Positions 36,951 to 50,353 of a DNA stretch of 64,000 nt are shown piece after piece. A program made the position numbers and the translations under genes. Within the stretch, counting starts at the first letter, position 1, and the number at the start of each line of letters is the position of its first letter. The stretch covers positions 930,001-994,000 of the forward strand of contig NW_025766990.1 in the NCBI RefSeq assembly GCF_003918875.1. Reading direction: 5' to 3'. This DNA is from Haliotis rubra. Lineage: Eukaryota. Below the pieces are notes generated by a model. The model was not told where the DNA came from. It saw only the letters and a list, made by a program, of their open reading frames with translations, and made no database searches.

Positions 36951-39900
36951 GACTGCCAAATAGCGAACCAGTAGATGACTTACCCAAATTACCGGGCACG
37001 CCAGTAGTTACAGTAAATGTTTGACATAATTGCCAACATTTCCCTTAGTATTATCATACAAGGCTTCGTACGCAGGTACACGTGAAAATACGACAAAAGG
37101 TGCACAGATGTTAAGTAAAATATTTGATTGATCTGCAAAAGTTCGTTGAATAAATGAAAGATCGCAAAGGTATGTTGCCCCTTTTATAATTGTTTTGTTG
37201 AAATTGTTATGTTTTCAGTGCTTGTAAGAAACTCTCTTTTTTTAAATAAATCGAATAAATCGGATGCCGTAGGTTATCAAGAAGCCGTCCCCATTTTGGT
37301 TTCTTGACAAATGTTAAAACGCTAAATACCTGTATCACTTTGGGCATTCAGAAGTATGCTGCCATGTCATGATATAATTGAAATATTAGTCAGTGAGGAG
37401 GGTAAGTCGAACACAGAAAATACCATATGGTGAACTGCTGTGTATTTTCACCTTTATTCATGGTTTTTAATAGTAGTATTATATTTATATGATAATTTGA
37501 ATGTTTATTATTCTGCTTAAACATGGACATATTAGCCTTCATGCCTGAACACGATATTAAAGTAATTTTTATAATTCATAAACTGTCCTCAATGTTTGCA
37601 TATGAATTTAAATGTACACACTAGAGCTTGGATGCCTTTCTGCGTGCAAGCCATATTATGTTGATGACATATACTAGTATTTAGTTATTTAGTTCATGTT
37701 TGAAAATTAGCCCTATGTTGTAATTTCCGAGTTGTACTAGCTGAGGGTCAGATTTGTGTAAAGACCCTAAGCAATAAAGATTACGTTGTGCTCAAGATGT
37801 GCTCACGACGCCCTTTACAGAGTTGAACAGATTTTTGTCTGACCCAAAGAGGCGCGTATGTTTCATAAAGGTCCCTTGACCTACCTGCAAGGAAAGCTCG
37901 GTCATCACTACCGTCACATGTTAATCGAGTAATGTAGAGACCGAGGCAGTGAAGCACGTTGTCAGCTAGAGGGGCGTGTACTTATCATGTCCTTGTGCAC
38001 AATTACCTGCCAGGTATGCACCTACACTCCTTACAGTCGTGTGCAGAAACCTACCTTTTATCTCACGGGTATGTGTGGAGCTATTTCGGGCGGCCACTGA
38101 AGTCAGATCGACCCAATTTAAAGTCAGGTGTGTACAGTCTGATCGTTTCGTTACGACCACAGCACGGCCCACAATGTATGTACAGTCTGACCGCTGTGTC
38201 TATTTGTAATAACGGCCACGAGGTTTTGAATGTCTTTGTTGAAGTGATTGTGAGATTTCAAACTCGCGAAGCTTACGTAAAATACCTGAAATAAGTAAGC
38301 CTCAATGTCGCGTTCAAAAACATTTCACTTCACTTGCAACATGCGTGCATGCACAAATGTGTGCGTGCGTGCGCTTGAAGTAGCCCGTTCTATAGCTTAG
38401 GAGTGACAGCATTCCGCAGTCAGTTTAACAGGACTTTCAACCCCAAACTCAAGATACCCAACTCACTACGTGAGTGAGTGAGGTTAGTTTTACGCCGCTT
38501 TAGGCTACTACCACAACGTTAGTTGTTTACTTTGTGTTGCTTAGTGCAGATGTAACGCAGGTGAGCTTCCTTATTGACAAAGGTTGACGAGTGTGTCGTA
38601 CAGATATGAACATGTTGGTTCAGTTTGGTAATATTTTGACATGCACATTTACTTATAAACGGTGTATATGTTCACTGAGTCCTTAACAACAGGCGCTATA
38701 AGAAAGAAAAACAGATTTTCTTACCTCCATGAATCTTCCAAGCTCTGGAATGATTCATGATTGTCACTGTGTGAAACCTCCTCCTTAGCAATCAAAAAAG
38801 AGAATGTGAAATGAAACAACATTACTGGTTAACGGGCCATACGTTTGTAGATGCCTTCATTCCTTGTCACAGGTACATTTACAAACTGACTGTAAAGGGT
38901 TGGTTCGCTTTGAGTCTACAGCACTTGCACATACACACTCGCACAACATGAAGTGTCAATATAGTTCGATGCTCATGCTGTTGATCACTGGATTGTCTGG
39001 TTTCGACCGCCTCCATACAGTTAGAATGTTGCTTAGTTAAACAACAAACCAACAACAACCAACTCGTATAGGTGGAATCCACGTGTTTGCATTATAGCGC
39101 AAAAAACAGACATTTTTTTTTTCATTCGAGCTGAAACTATTTAAATCCAAATCAAATATACTGTCAGCATTAATGGAGATTAATGGACAAAAACTACAAC
39201 GGATGGTAAAGGAATGATTCATATGAATACTGACGTCTTCAACCTAAACCATTTATGATTTACTTTATTTCTGTCTGGAAGATAAGTGCCGTTACTCTTG
39301 CCTTTAATGCCCTAGCAAAGCAATAAACACGTTGTGCATGTTTGAATAAGCTATCAACATGTGATAAAGCACCAAATGAGCATTTACACTTACATGTGTA
39401 GAACATAAGTACATATAATTCAATCAAAATCAGCCATAAAACGAGTGAGAAAATTCATATGGTCCTAATGTAAACAACCATGGAGTACCACACTGGAGTG
39501 CTCGGCACTATCATTTGCCCAAACACCTGGTATGCCAATATTGATGTGTTTCTAAACGTGCGCGCCCTGTGATCTATACACTAACATATATGTTTTACCT
39601 GCAAAGATAAAGTAGCTTTGAAGTGCAATATGCTTTATTGGATAAATAACGTGGTTATTTTAAGGTGCGTTAGATTTGATTATTTTTTTCTGAAGTTGGT
39701 GAATGGTTCTTACTGTTATCGATTGCATTAATTAGTTTGTCTTTAAGAGCTTGTATTTTACAATGTTGCCTGTTAGAGTGTGAACTGAGAAATAGGTATG
39801 CACTAACGATATTGTTAGTCTGAAGATAACCTTGAACCGTTTGCTACAACAACTTACATGTACCTAACACATGTTCCCTGTTTTCAGTACACCTAAGGTC

Positions 39901-40015
39901 GTAGCTACGGAATATTCGTCGTGTCGTTTTGGAAGTGACGAAGAATACTCAAAGAAAATCTTAATTTCAACACAAGAAAATGAGTTTGGTTATCGAGCAA
40001 TAATCGAGCATTCTA

Positions 40016-40018
<3 letters not shown>

Positions 40019-40084
<66 letters not shown>
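40019..40084. repeat. (GA)33 microsatellite
   Basis: Perfect dinucleotide run. Confidence 0.99.
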
Positions 40085-40088
<4 letters not shown>

Positions 40089-40809
40089 TGATAGTATGAT
40101 ATCATACTATCAAGCACTTGATTTGCTTGCAAAGCATTTGGTTATTGAAAATCTGACAGGTTAGAGATAGAAAGGTGCTCACTTTGAAAGTTACATGTGA
40201 GACGTAAAACGAGACAGAGAGAGAGAAAAACGTAAAACGTAAAACGGAAAGGAAAGACACACTGAATTGTTGTGATATGATTCAGTATGATCTGTTTTTC
40301 GGCATAAGGCTGCACAGAGGTGTTTCTTAGCATTGTGTGTGTACATTGTTACTATTTTCATACATCAAATCGTTTACGTTTCCTGATGTTCACAGTCATC
40401 TCTCTCATGTGACAAGTATCCCTGCTTCTTACCATCTGATTACAGTGACATTGTCTCGTTGTAACCTTTCTAGGAAAGCCGTGTCATAGCAGTTCTTGTC
40501 TCTGCTTATCAGCTTTAATCGAGACGGGTGATAGTGGCCCACTGTGACTGTCCCTCTATATTGTTTAGCCAAGTAATCCATTGCGTCTTTCAGTCATACA
40601 GAAATTTGCAATAACAATAATCCTGACCACATATTGCGGATCGATTCCGCAGTACCGGAACCACCCATCACAACGGAAGGTCGTGGACACAATATAACTT
40701 GGTTTGGGCAAATTGAGTGAGTGAGTGAGTGAATGTCCTCATATCACATCTTATTCTTCACTCATGATTTTCGCCATACAGTCTACTTTTAGAACAGTAA
40801 CATCTACTT

Positions 40810-41305
40810 GGTGGGTGAACTGGCTAAAGCGCCAGGCTAGTGATACAGCGAGCTTGAGGTGACGGGATCGAGCCCACCTGTGACCGGGTGTAAAATCCTT
40901 GGAGTCAACTTTGTGTGCACACTCTTTCAGTGTTGTCACAACCCCTAGTGTACAGTACACAACCCTGTGTACTTAAAAGAACCCACGAATCCGTTGGTAT
41001 TTGACCAGATGGTGGCCACATGAATACGTGCAAACACCAAGATGCGGGTACAGCAACGTGCAGTGAACTTGGACAAAGTACTGTGACTATATATCCCAGT
41101 CCACCCAGCTGTGAATGGGTACCTAACTGTGAAAGCCACACTAACTCGGTGCGCCTAGTGGCAAGAGTTGTAGTGCAAGAGTTGTATGATCCCCAGGGAG
41201 TTGAGATTGATAAAACGACGTTCCGTTGAGATTGACATCCAGTGATCGAGGGAAAAAACAAAGCGCCTTTGAGCTGGATATCGGCGCTATACAAATGTTA
41301 GTATG
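40810..41305 (+). mobile_element. Long SINE with tRNA-like head and L2-type 3' tail
   Basis: GGGATCGAGCCC B-box-like; CCACCCAGCTGTGAATGGGTACC core; tail AAAGCGCCTTTGAG...GGCGCTATACAAATG. Confidence 0.6.
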
Positions 41306-41307
41306 TA

Positions 41308-42966
41308 TGCTCTCCCAAAAAAGAAACGCATATGGGAATTTCAACTGTATTTATATGTTTATTTTGAAACATCTTGTAGGCTTTATGAGTCAATGAAATA
41401 TAGCGAAATTGCACACTGGGAATGAAGACTTATCCGTCTTTGGCACCAACTCGAGGAAAGTCAGTTTGAGTGTCACATGGACACGTGTGGTGGCGCTGAA
41501 GTCAATACGTCGTGTGACCACCGTGGGCATCCAGAACTGCACGGCATCACCTCGGCATCGAACGAATAAGTCTCAGAATCTCGTGTTGCCCAATCGCAGC
41601 CCACTCTGCCTGTAGTGCCTGTGCGAGTTGCTGAAGTGTCTGGGGCTGAGGGTTACGGCGTCGCACCCGTCTGTCCAGGGCATCCCACAGATGTTCGATC
41701 GGGTTTAAGTCCGGTGATCTTGAGGGCCATGGGAGCACATTGATGTTGTGGTTCTGGAGGAAGTCTCTAGTGTGACGTGCTGTGTGGAGCCTGGCATTGT
41801 CCTGTTGAAACAACTCCCTCTGGCGATCAATGATTGGAAGGAGGTGTGGGCGTAGGATTTCGTCACAGTACCGTTGTGCTGTCAGGTTGCCCTGGATCAT
41901 CACCAAATCACTTCTCCTACGGCAGGTGATCGCTCCCCACATCATAACACTTTCCCGGCCGAATCTGTCCACCTGGGGAACGCAAGCGTAGGCGAAACGT
42001 TCACGTCGACGTCTGTTCACCCGCATTCTTCCATCGCGTCGTTCCAATAGAAATCGTGATTCATCACTGAACCAGATTCTACGCCAATTCGGTAGGTTCA
42101 AGGCCTGACTGACTGACTGAGTTTGGTTTTACGCCGCTTTCAGCAATATTCCAGCAACATCACGGCGGGGACACCAGAAATGGGCTTCACACATTGTACC
42201 CATGTGGGGATTCGAACCCGGGTCTTCGGCGTGACGAGCCAACGCTTTAACCATTAGGCTACCCCACCGCCCCTTCCAGGCCTGAACGTTGGTGCACCAT
42301 TGAACTCGATGTCGACGATGTTGTTGTCGAAGTACAGGGCCAAAATAAGGTCTTCTGGCACGTAAACCAGCTTCTCTCAACCTGTTACTGACGGTCTGTG
42401 CAGACAGCCTCTTCAATCCGGGTATTTGTCGAGCGGTACTGGTCGCCGTAGCTGTTCGATTACGCAGGTGATGTACCCGGATGTAGCGATCCTGCGCCGC
42501 AGTGGTCGCTCGAGGTCGCCCACTACGAGGGGCATCTGCTACCGAATTCTGCCGGCCATATCTCTCTCCCAGAGCCGTGAAATGGTGCTTTGGTGAACAT
42601 TAATGCGTCGGGCAACTGCACGTTGAGACTGGCCAGCTTCAAGCCAACCAATGGCGATATGACGGTTGGCTTCACTTAGACGTGGCATTTTGCGTTCGTC
42701 AACAATATTCCAAATACAGTGAATAATCGACAGACAGCGATCAACCTTCTATACCCATCAATGAGACTATCTGATCCCAAACTTTCACGTGCATTGCATG
42801 TGAATTGTGAATTCTGTGACACTACACGCTGAAATTGAAAATCATGCTGTTAAATACGGGTATTTTACGGACGGTGCGTTTTGTTGTGATGTTTCAAAAC
42901 ATAAACACCATAGGACTCAAAAACAGAGCAAAACCGTTCATGATGCGTTTCTTCTTTGGGAGAGTA
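41308..42966 (-). mobile_element. Full-length Tc1 (DD34E) element, inactivated
   Basis: TIRs T(A/G)CTCTCCCAAA(G/A)AAGAAACGCAT, TA flanks; transposase from ATG 42688 (MPRLSEANRHIAIG) with FSDESRF, FQQDNAR, SPDLNPIEHLW; frameshift near 42570, SINE insertion, TGA at 41547. Confidence 0.95.
42109..42273 (-). mobile_element. SINE family A inserted in the Tc1 transposase
   Basis: 12-bp TSD TTC(A/C)AGGCCTGA at 42097-42108 and 42274-42285. Confidence 0.95.
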
Positions 42967-44390
42967 TATGTATATATGTATATACTTAATTCTGCGTGGC
43001 TGAAAACATGTATTAAGCAATAGTAACCATATTTTCTGGTACCAACACCTCAAATCACATCAATACTTGGAGCGAATAAATGATTACGCGTGTACATTGC
43101 TTCTTACAATAGTCCAGCAAACTAAATAGATTCATTGTGTGTACTTAAACAGCGGAGTGCATGGGTTGATAGAGTGTTTCTGGTTTTGGATTCCATTTAA
43201 GTTTAGTAATATCATCGATAAATAATATATACGTCCTCCGGAGAGAGTAGTAAGTCCCAAAGTTTTCAAGGTAAATTTAAACCTACTATTATTTTTAATC
43301 GTAATATATATGTTCTTTTAAATTATGGCTTGATTATCTAAAATTGCTAACAGCTGAAGGGAGAGTGTAAATCCAGCTAGGGTCCACGCAGGAAGCAAAT
43401 GTACTGTTATCCAAAGGGTCCTTATTTAACTCCGCCCTTTTACCTGACAGGTAGTTGTGTTACCTGTCAGTTATCCCACACCTTGGAGGGCGTTTCTTTA
43501 CCGGAACTACGGTATACCCTCGAACTTCGGTCCTGACAATTCTGGATGTGCGAGAGGTACCGTGTCAGTACCCGAGGGCCCTTTGGACCTTTACCGTAGT
43601 TCCTCCAGCAACCACAAGACGATGATCTTCGTTCCACAGTTTTATTAACACTGCGTTGCTGGCCCAACCCACTCTATTTGTCACATAATTAAGAGACTTC
43701 AGCTGGAAAGCTTCAGTCTCAGTCGAAATGCTGGTGCTTTGAGTTTGTTTCTTAGTACGAAAGTAAGTGACAATCAGATGAGAGCTGATGCGCCCTAGAC
43801 CCCAGGCTTGGGGTTCCTAGGAGCACACTCGTTCTCGGCTTCAGGTCTCGTACCACTCTCTCGTCTCTCAGCTTTGCTCCAGCTTAAACCTGGGTTCCTA
43901 CGTCACAACCAACACCCTTTTCCATTTTTTCCATTGGTCAATAACCCATAACCTGACTATCTATCTATTCTACTCTCCCCTACCGTGAGGTGGATTCTCT
44001 CAGAGTCTCTCTCTCCCTAGCCATATATGACTTGTAGAGTACCAAGAACTGGTAGCTAGGTCCCCGGCCACGCCGCCCGTCTTGATAGTATAGTAGTTTT
44101 ACCTTACCTAAGCTATGAGTCACTTCACCTTGCCCCCATCAGCCCTAACGACCTACTTTCATGTTTATTACCTTCGTTACTGACTTTCACTTTACAACGT
44201 TATTAATCACTTCATATCTTAAATATATTATTAAATCCTCTCATAATTTGTATCTTATCACCTCTTAATCACCTGTTATTAATAATGTCAATTGTATATC
44301 TATTATTGCAGCAAGTACCATAATCGCATGCCTATATGAATGAATATCTGTCAAAAGAATTTTAATTTCTAATTTTATTGATCTATGATA

Positions 44391-47300
44391 ATCACTGCCC
44401 TAGAACTCTCTGTTCCAAATCATCATCCACTCTATCTCCTATCGATCTACCTACCCCCTTCGAATCGATCCATAGATCTCTACAAAATGTGCCTTGATGA
44501 ACTCCAAGAAGCATATTCTGCCTTGTCTGAAAGGAGCCCGGTAATCATCCTAGGCGACTTTAATGCAAAGATTGCAGGCCCAAGAGCAAACGTTAACCTT
44601 GACCAAAGAGCTAGCATGCTCGGGGAGCTCTTGTCAGAAAATTCACTAATCTCTATCAACATGCAGAGCTTCTGCACAGGCCCAGTGAATACCTTCTATG
44701 CATATACAGGAGGCCCCCAGACACCAATTGACCACATCGTAGTACCAACTGAGCTTATGTATATCATCCACTCGGCAGAAGTGATTGATGATAATCCACT
44801 CAACGTTTCCGACCATCACCCAGTTGTATGCCTTCTTGCAATTGACCTACCTAGTCAACCAGCTGCAAATCCTCCTATACGTAGACCAGCTTGGAACAAA
44901 GCCCTCCAGAACGGCTCAATCAAGGACTACACACATGCAGTCTCTAACTCCCTCTGGGGTAAGCAGCTGCCAGCTCTAGACTGTGACAGGGAAGATATTG
45001 AACACCTTACTGATATAATTACTATGGCCCTCACTATGGCTGCGTCTGACTGTCTTCCAGTGAGACATTTCAGGCGTTATCTAAGACCATACTGGAAGGA
45101 ACAAGTGAAAGACTTCCACGACCTGATGTTATCTTACAGACACAAATGGATTCTAGATGGGAGACCTAGAGGCATGACTTACACTAGCTTCCGTGACTAC
45201 AAGAAATCCAAAGACAAATTTCGAGCTGCTATGAAAGAAGCTGCAGCACTTTATGAAACAGAGCACTTCAACAATCTTGATAAACTATATGACATTGACC
45301 AGAAAACATTCTGGGCTCTCCTCAACAACAGAAACAAGAAATCACACATTTCAACCATAAGTGTATCAGGGAACCATACCACAGATTCCTTGGAAATCTG
45401 CCATGCACTCGCTGACCACATGAAGACTATATTCAGCAAAGGGGTAGATGATCACTTTGACCAGAACTTTAAAGACCATCTAGAAGGCAGAGTTGCTGAA
45501 CTAAAACATTGTACCTCTAACAAGATAATCGACGTCAAGTGCCTTCTGACCTCTCAGTCTGAGGTAAGCAAGCTTTGCAAATCTCTGAAAAACAACAAGG
45601 CCTGTGGTTTTGATGGAATCTACTATGAACACTTGAAACATGGAGGCTCAACTCTTCATTATTATCTTTCTGAATTATTCAACAGAATAATCACTACAGG
45701 TTCTATCCCATCCCAGTGGAAGAAAGGTATCATCATCCCAATCTTCAAAGGCGGAGGCAAACCAAGGACGTCCCCAGATTCATATAGAGGAGTGACTTTG
45801 TTGCCTGTTATGTCAAAACTTTTCGAACAGGTCATAGCGAACCGGATCCCACAATTCCAAGACTCCACGGATTTCCTGATCCTCTGCAATGCGGCTTCCA
45901 GAAAAGCCTCTCGTCGTCTCTTCATGCATCATTCCTCCTTCAGGAGACAGTCTACCACTACAAGGAACGGAATGACTCTCTGAAAGTGGTGTTCTTGGAC
46001 AGTAGTAAAGCCTTCGACACTGTGTGGCATGATGGGCTACTCTGGAAGTTGAAGGAGTTGAACATTCATCCAGGTGTGTGGCGCATTTTCTGCAACACAT
46101 ACCTGGAATGGAAAGTTGTGTTCTTGCCAATAATACTTACTCATCCTGGTTTAAACTCGACCGTGGGTGAGACAAGGTAGCGTCCTTTCTGCTAAACTCT
46201 ACTTGGTTTACATCAACGAGCTTCTGACAAACCTATCACATCTTAAGAAGGGAGCATTCGTACTGGATCTCCACCTCGCTGCTCCAACTCAGGCAGATGA
46301 TATCTCACTGATCAGCCCTATCACAGCTCATCTACAATCTATGGTAACAGAGTGCCAGAACTACAGTGCCAAATGGCAGTTCACATTCTCTCCTTCAAAA
46401 AGCAACGTATTGGTCTTCAATCCGCAAAAAAAACCAAGTGCAATATCAAACTTTACGGAAAGAAGTTACCTGAAGTGGACAACACAAAGCATCTTGGCAT
46501 TCTTCTCGACTCACACCTTAGCAGCCACACTCGAACATCAAACGCAAGTTCGAAGATGAAGTCAGCTGCAATGATGCTGATGAAATCAGGCCTACACAAC
46601 AGTGGGCTGAATCCAATTACCAGCTCCAATCTTGTCAAGTTCAGGTGTCTACCCAAAGCCTTGTTTGGGTGCGAATTGTGGTCAGGTTTGAAAAGAGCGA
46701 CATTATCACTGTCGAAAGGGCACAACGATTCTGTTTAAAGATGTGTCAGGGGCTCCCAAGAACTACTAGATCTGACATATGTAACTCCCTGATTGGATGG
46801 TACTCGGCAGAATCACATATTGACACAAAGAAGCTGTTTTTTCTTGGCTCCTTGTGTAACAGTAAGAAGCACCTACTTTGCTTCAAACTCTTTATCTCAC
46901 GCCTGTTTGCGTTTAGAAACTGCATATTGAAGACAAGAACAGGATTTATACCAGATATAGTTCATGTACTTGAAAAATACAAACTGAGGCACTTTCTCGA
47001 GAATTTTGTCTCCTCCGGCATCTTCATGAGTCAACTCTCCTGGAAGAAGATTGTAAAAGACTCTGTCATGGAATACGAGAAGTCCTCCTGGAACCAACGA
47101 ATGACATCAGATCCAGATCTCAGACACTTCAGGACATTACACCCTCGATAGAGCCACACCCAGCTTGGCTACTTGCCAAAAGATACCCCTCCTTGAAACA
47201 ACAATGCATCTTCACAGTACAATTGTGTGCTCTTTGGCGTCCTCACCGTGTGTATGGACCTTGTGATAAATGTAGTGTGAACTGTGCAGACCCCTTGATC

Positions 47301-47622
47301 CATGTCCTAACAGCGTGTGAAGCTTGTGCTGGCTGCAGAGACCAACTCTGGTGTGACATTATCAACGTGGGCCCGGTGGAGTTGAGCGTGCAACTTCACA
47401 ACAAGACTGATATGGACCTGGTGTGCAGCCTACTTTCCTGCCGCCCCCCCAGTACTGCTCTCTGGCGAGGAGACTGAGCTGTACACACTGACTGTTGTTA
47501 ACGGACTCTACGCGACCTGTAATGCATGAATATTCTATGCGCTTCTCTTGTTAACTTAAAACTATCTTAACTTTTCTCGCATTCCCTTGTACTCTCCATT
47601 GGAGGAATAAAAGTGTATATAT
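44391..47622 (+). mobile_element. 5'-truncated non-LTR retrotransposon ORF2 (APE endonuclease + RT + CCHC), frameshifted; clade not assigned
   Basis: SIYLP, ILGDFNA, IDHI, SDHHPV (APE); YRGVTLL, FLDSSKAFDTVWH, RQGSVLS, QADD, KHLGI (RT); CDKC...HVLTAC; AATAAA then a TA-rich tail. Confidence 0.95.
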
Positions 47623-48082
47623 AATACTGTAAGTCGCCATGGTCCCTAGTATGGTGATCTACCTTCAGTTGTTGGCAATCTATAGCCTGTTTTTACATTG
47701 TCTCGTCATTTCTAATTCAAATCGTTTAGATGTTAGATTGAAATACTAGTTTTAAATGAATATCTGTCAAAAGAATTTTAATTTCTAATTTTATTGATCT
47801 ATGATATAATCATTAATTCTTCTCGTCTGAAATGGCTGAAATATTGCCGATGTGGCGATAAATATTAACTCACTCACTCACTGAATAATATATCATTTTT
47901 AATCACATCCAGACATTGCCATCATCACATCTTCGCAGTCTCGACATGCAGCAAAACGTATACTACTCAAAGTTTTAAAGGATTGCCACTTTAAATGATA
48001 ATGCATCAACATTCTCACCATCTGTTGAGGTAGCCAAAGACGGTATTGCGTGAAGACACATTTAATGAACATAAGTCCGTTG

Positions 48083-49790
48083 TCATTGGCCACAATTCAG
48101 ATTATAGTTTTGCTTTACCTGAAATATATGATAAACAAATTTGGCTAAGTTGAAGGTTAATACCTTGGTTTGTAAACCTCTGTCATTTTTGCAAAAAGGA
48201 CATAATCGGTTTTCTAAAGCTAATTTTGGTCGAGCCCCTCTTCCTTTCTCAATCATAAGTGAATGAGAAGATAATCGTAGTCGTGTCAAGGCTACCCTAT
48301 AGTTTATAATATCAATTTGAGATAAATACGGTTTTCGTCACAGGTGATAATCTTAATCCAATATTTCATAATGCGTAACGATCTAATAGTAATCAATGGC
48401 AGTACGCCCATTTCACCATAGACAAAAGCTGATGGTGTTGAACTTTTAACACTCAGAACCTGCTTAATAAACTTTAAGTGGACCCTTTCGATAGCTGGCG
48501 CTTCCATAAATCCCCAAACTTCACAACCATAGCATAAAATTGGCAGTACTAAGCTTTTAAACAATTGATACTGCTGCGCAGGAGACATATATGGATTGGA
48601 CAACAACAGCCTGCTCCGATAGAGTCTTTTGTGCCTGGGAAAAACTACCTGTTGCTGAGAAGACAATACCCAAATATTTGAAACTATTAACATTTTCTAG
48701 TACCTGATCACCATAATACCAGATTTCTCTTTTGGACAATCTACCCCCTTTTCTGAAAATAACAACCTTAGTTTTATCTGTATTAACATTGATTGATGGC
48801 CCATTTGTCGCAATATCTCTGTAAAAAACAAGACCACGTTGTAAGCCTTCGATGGATTCACTGAACAAGACCATATCAACAGCAAATAATAACATTAATA
48901 ACTTAATGCAAAACACTGCCATGCCAATATCATTGCAAGCAGAGAATCAGACACAATATCATTTATAAACAATGAAAATAATATAGGCGATAATTTTTCC
49001 CCTTGCCTGACACCTATACTTGATGAAAAGAACTCTGAATACCTATTTCCAGGAAGTTTAACACAAGAGGAGACATCCATGTATATATTTTTGATTAATG
49101 ATAGAAATTTAGAATTAATACCCAAAGAATACAATTTAAACCAAAGAGCTTGCCTGTCAACATAGTCAAAAGCCTTTCGAAAATCTACAAACACACAATA
49201 TAATTTCACCCCTTTACTCAAGGCTAAATTTATCAATCCGTGAAGAATAAACATACAATAAGCCGTGCTATAACTCTTTCTAAAACCAAACTGTTCTTCT
49301 ACCAAGAGGTAGTAGTTATCACACCACTGTTTAACTCTGTTATTTAGAACACTCGTAAACAACTTGCTGACACAAGAAAGAAGTGTAATCCCTCAATAAT
49401 TATCTGCAACTAATTTACTTCTTATTTTATGAATGGGGACAATAACGCCCTTTCTCCATTCAGAGGGTTATTTACAAGATGTTTAAATAGCATTAAATAA
49501 CATAGCAATTACTGGAGATAAATATCTTCTCCGGCCTTAAGGAATTCATTAATAATGCCATCGTAACCTGCTGCTTTATTACACTTCAACTTACTAATTG
49601 CCACATGTACTTCAACCGCAGTAATGTCGCGGTCTAACTCGTGAACCCAGTGCTGGACCATACCATTGTCAGATTGCCTAATCACCTCGATGTATTCAGT
49701 TGGTGCAATTTTCTGTAGGAAATGTTTTAAATAATGTTGTCTGGAAATGATGTGCAATGACTCAGTCACGATACCTCCAAGCACTGGTCC
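48083..49790 (-). mobile_element. Degraded LINE RT/3' fragment (second family)
   Basis: KAAGYDGI, QFGFRK, FVDFRKAFDYV, GVRQGEKLSPILF, LFAVDMVL, FKYLG, YGCEVWG, RLRLSSH.L.IE.GR, CPFC. Confidence 0.92.
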
Positions 49791-50254
49791 TTAAAACCCA
49801 TAAGTGCAGGCATCTGTTCCTTTACAATAGAACTAAGGTACTACAGGATTTAGCCAATCACTGTGTATCGGGATATTTCAATCATTGTTTGTTGTTGCTA
49901 CTATCAAAACTTGATCTTTGAGTAGTATGTTAAGACGTGAGATGTTTATACATGTTTTTCTCTACCTATATGAATATCAGAATGCGAGTATAAACACATT
50001 GCATTGATGGACAGTTGTGAAAAGAACTAGACAAAAATACGCATTTTCTAAAGAGAATAAACATTCTAATTACCTTAAAAACTAAATCTTGGGTAAATCC
50101 AGAACAGTCCGTACCCATGCGTCTGTAGTGAAGCCGACTAGATAATATCTACATACTACATATGACATTACCAAGTAACATTATTAGCTAATATATAATA
50201 ATCAGCACCAAAGTACACATTATATTCAAGAGGGTTAAAACTATTGTGAATCTA

Positions 50255-50353
50255 CTGGTTCGATTCCCAACATGGATGCCAATTTCTTATTTCCGCTGCC
50301 GTAATATTGCTGAAAATATTGATAAAGCGGCGTAAAACTAAACTCACTCACTC
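50255..50353 (+). mobile_element. SINE family A remnant overlapping the stop codon of the adjacent gene
   Basis: GGTTCGATTCCCAACATGG...GCTGAAAATATTGATAAAGCGGCGTAAAACTAAACTCACTCACTC. Confidence 0.85.

Larger units (their letters stand above)
31934..39017. repeat. Tandem segmental duplication, unit 2 (carries the intact ATP-grasp gene)
   Basis: Starts with the same TTCAGTAAA(A)GGCTATTCTACT.CTAACCAT.ATTGTAGTTTT(T)ATGCCA as unit 1. Confidence 0.85.

Noticed and set aside
37633-38912. Solo LTR or gene in the segment unique to duplication unit 2
   Set aside because: Has AATAAA and a GTCACA end, but no TSD, PBS or recognisable ORF was found
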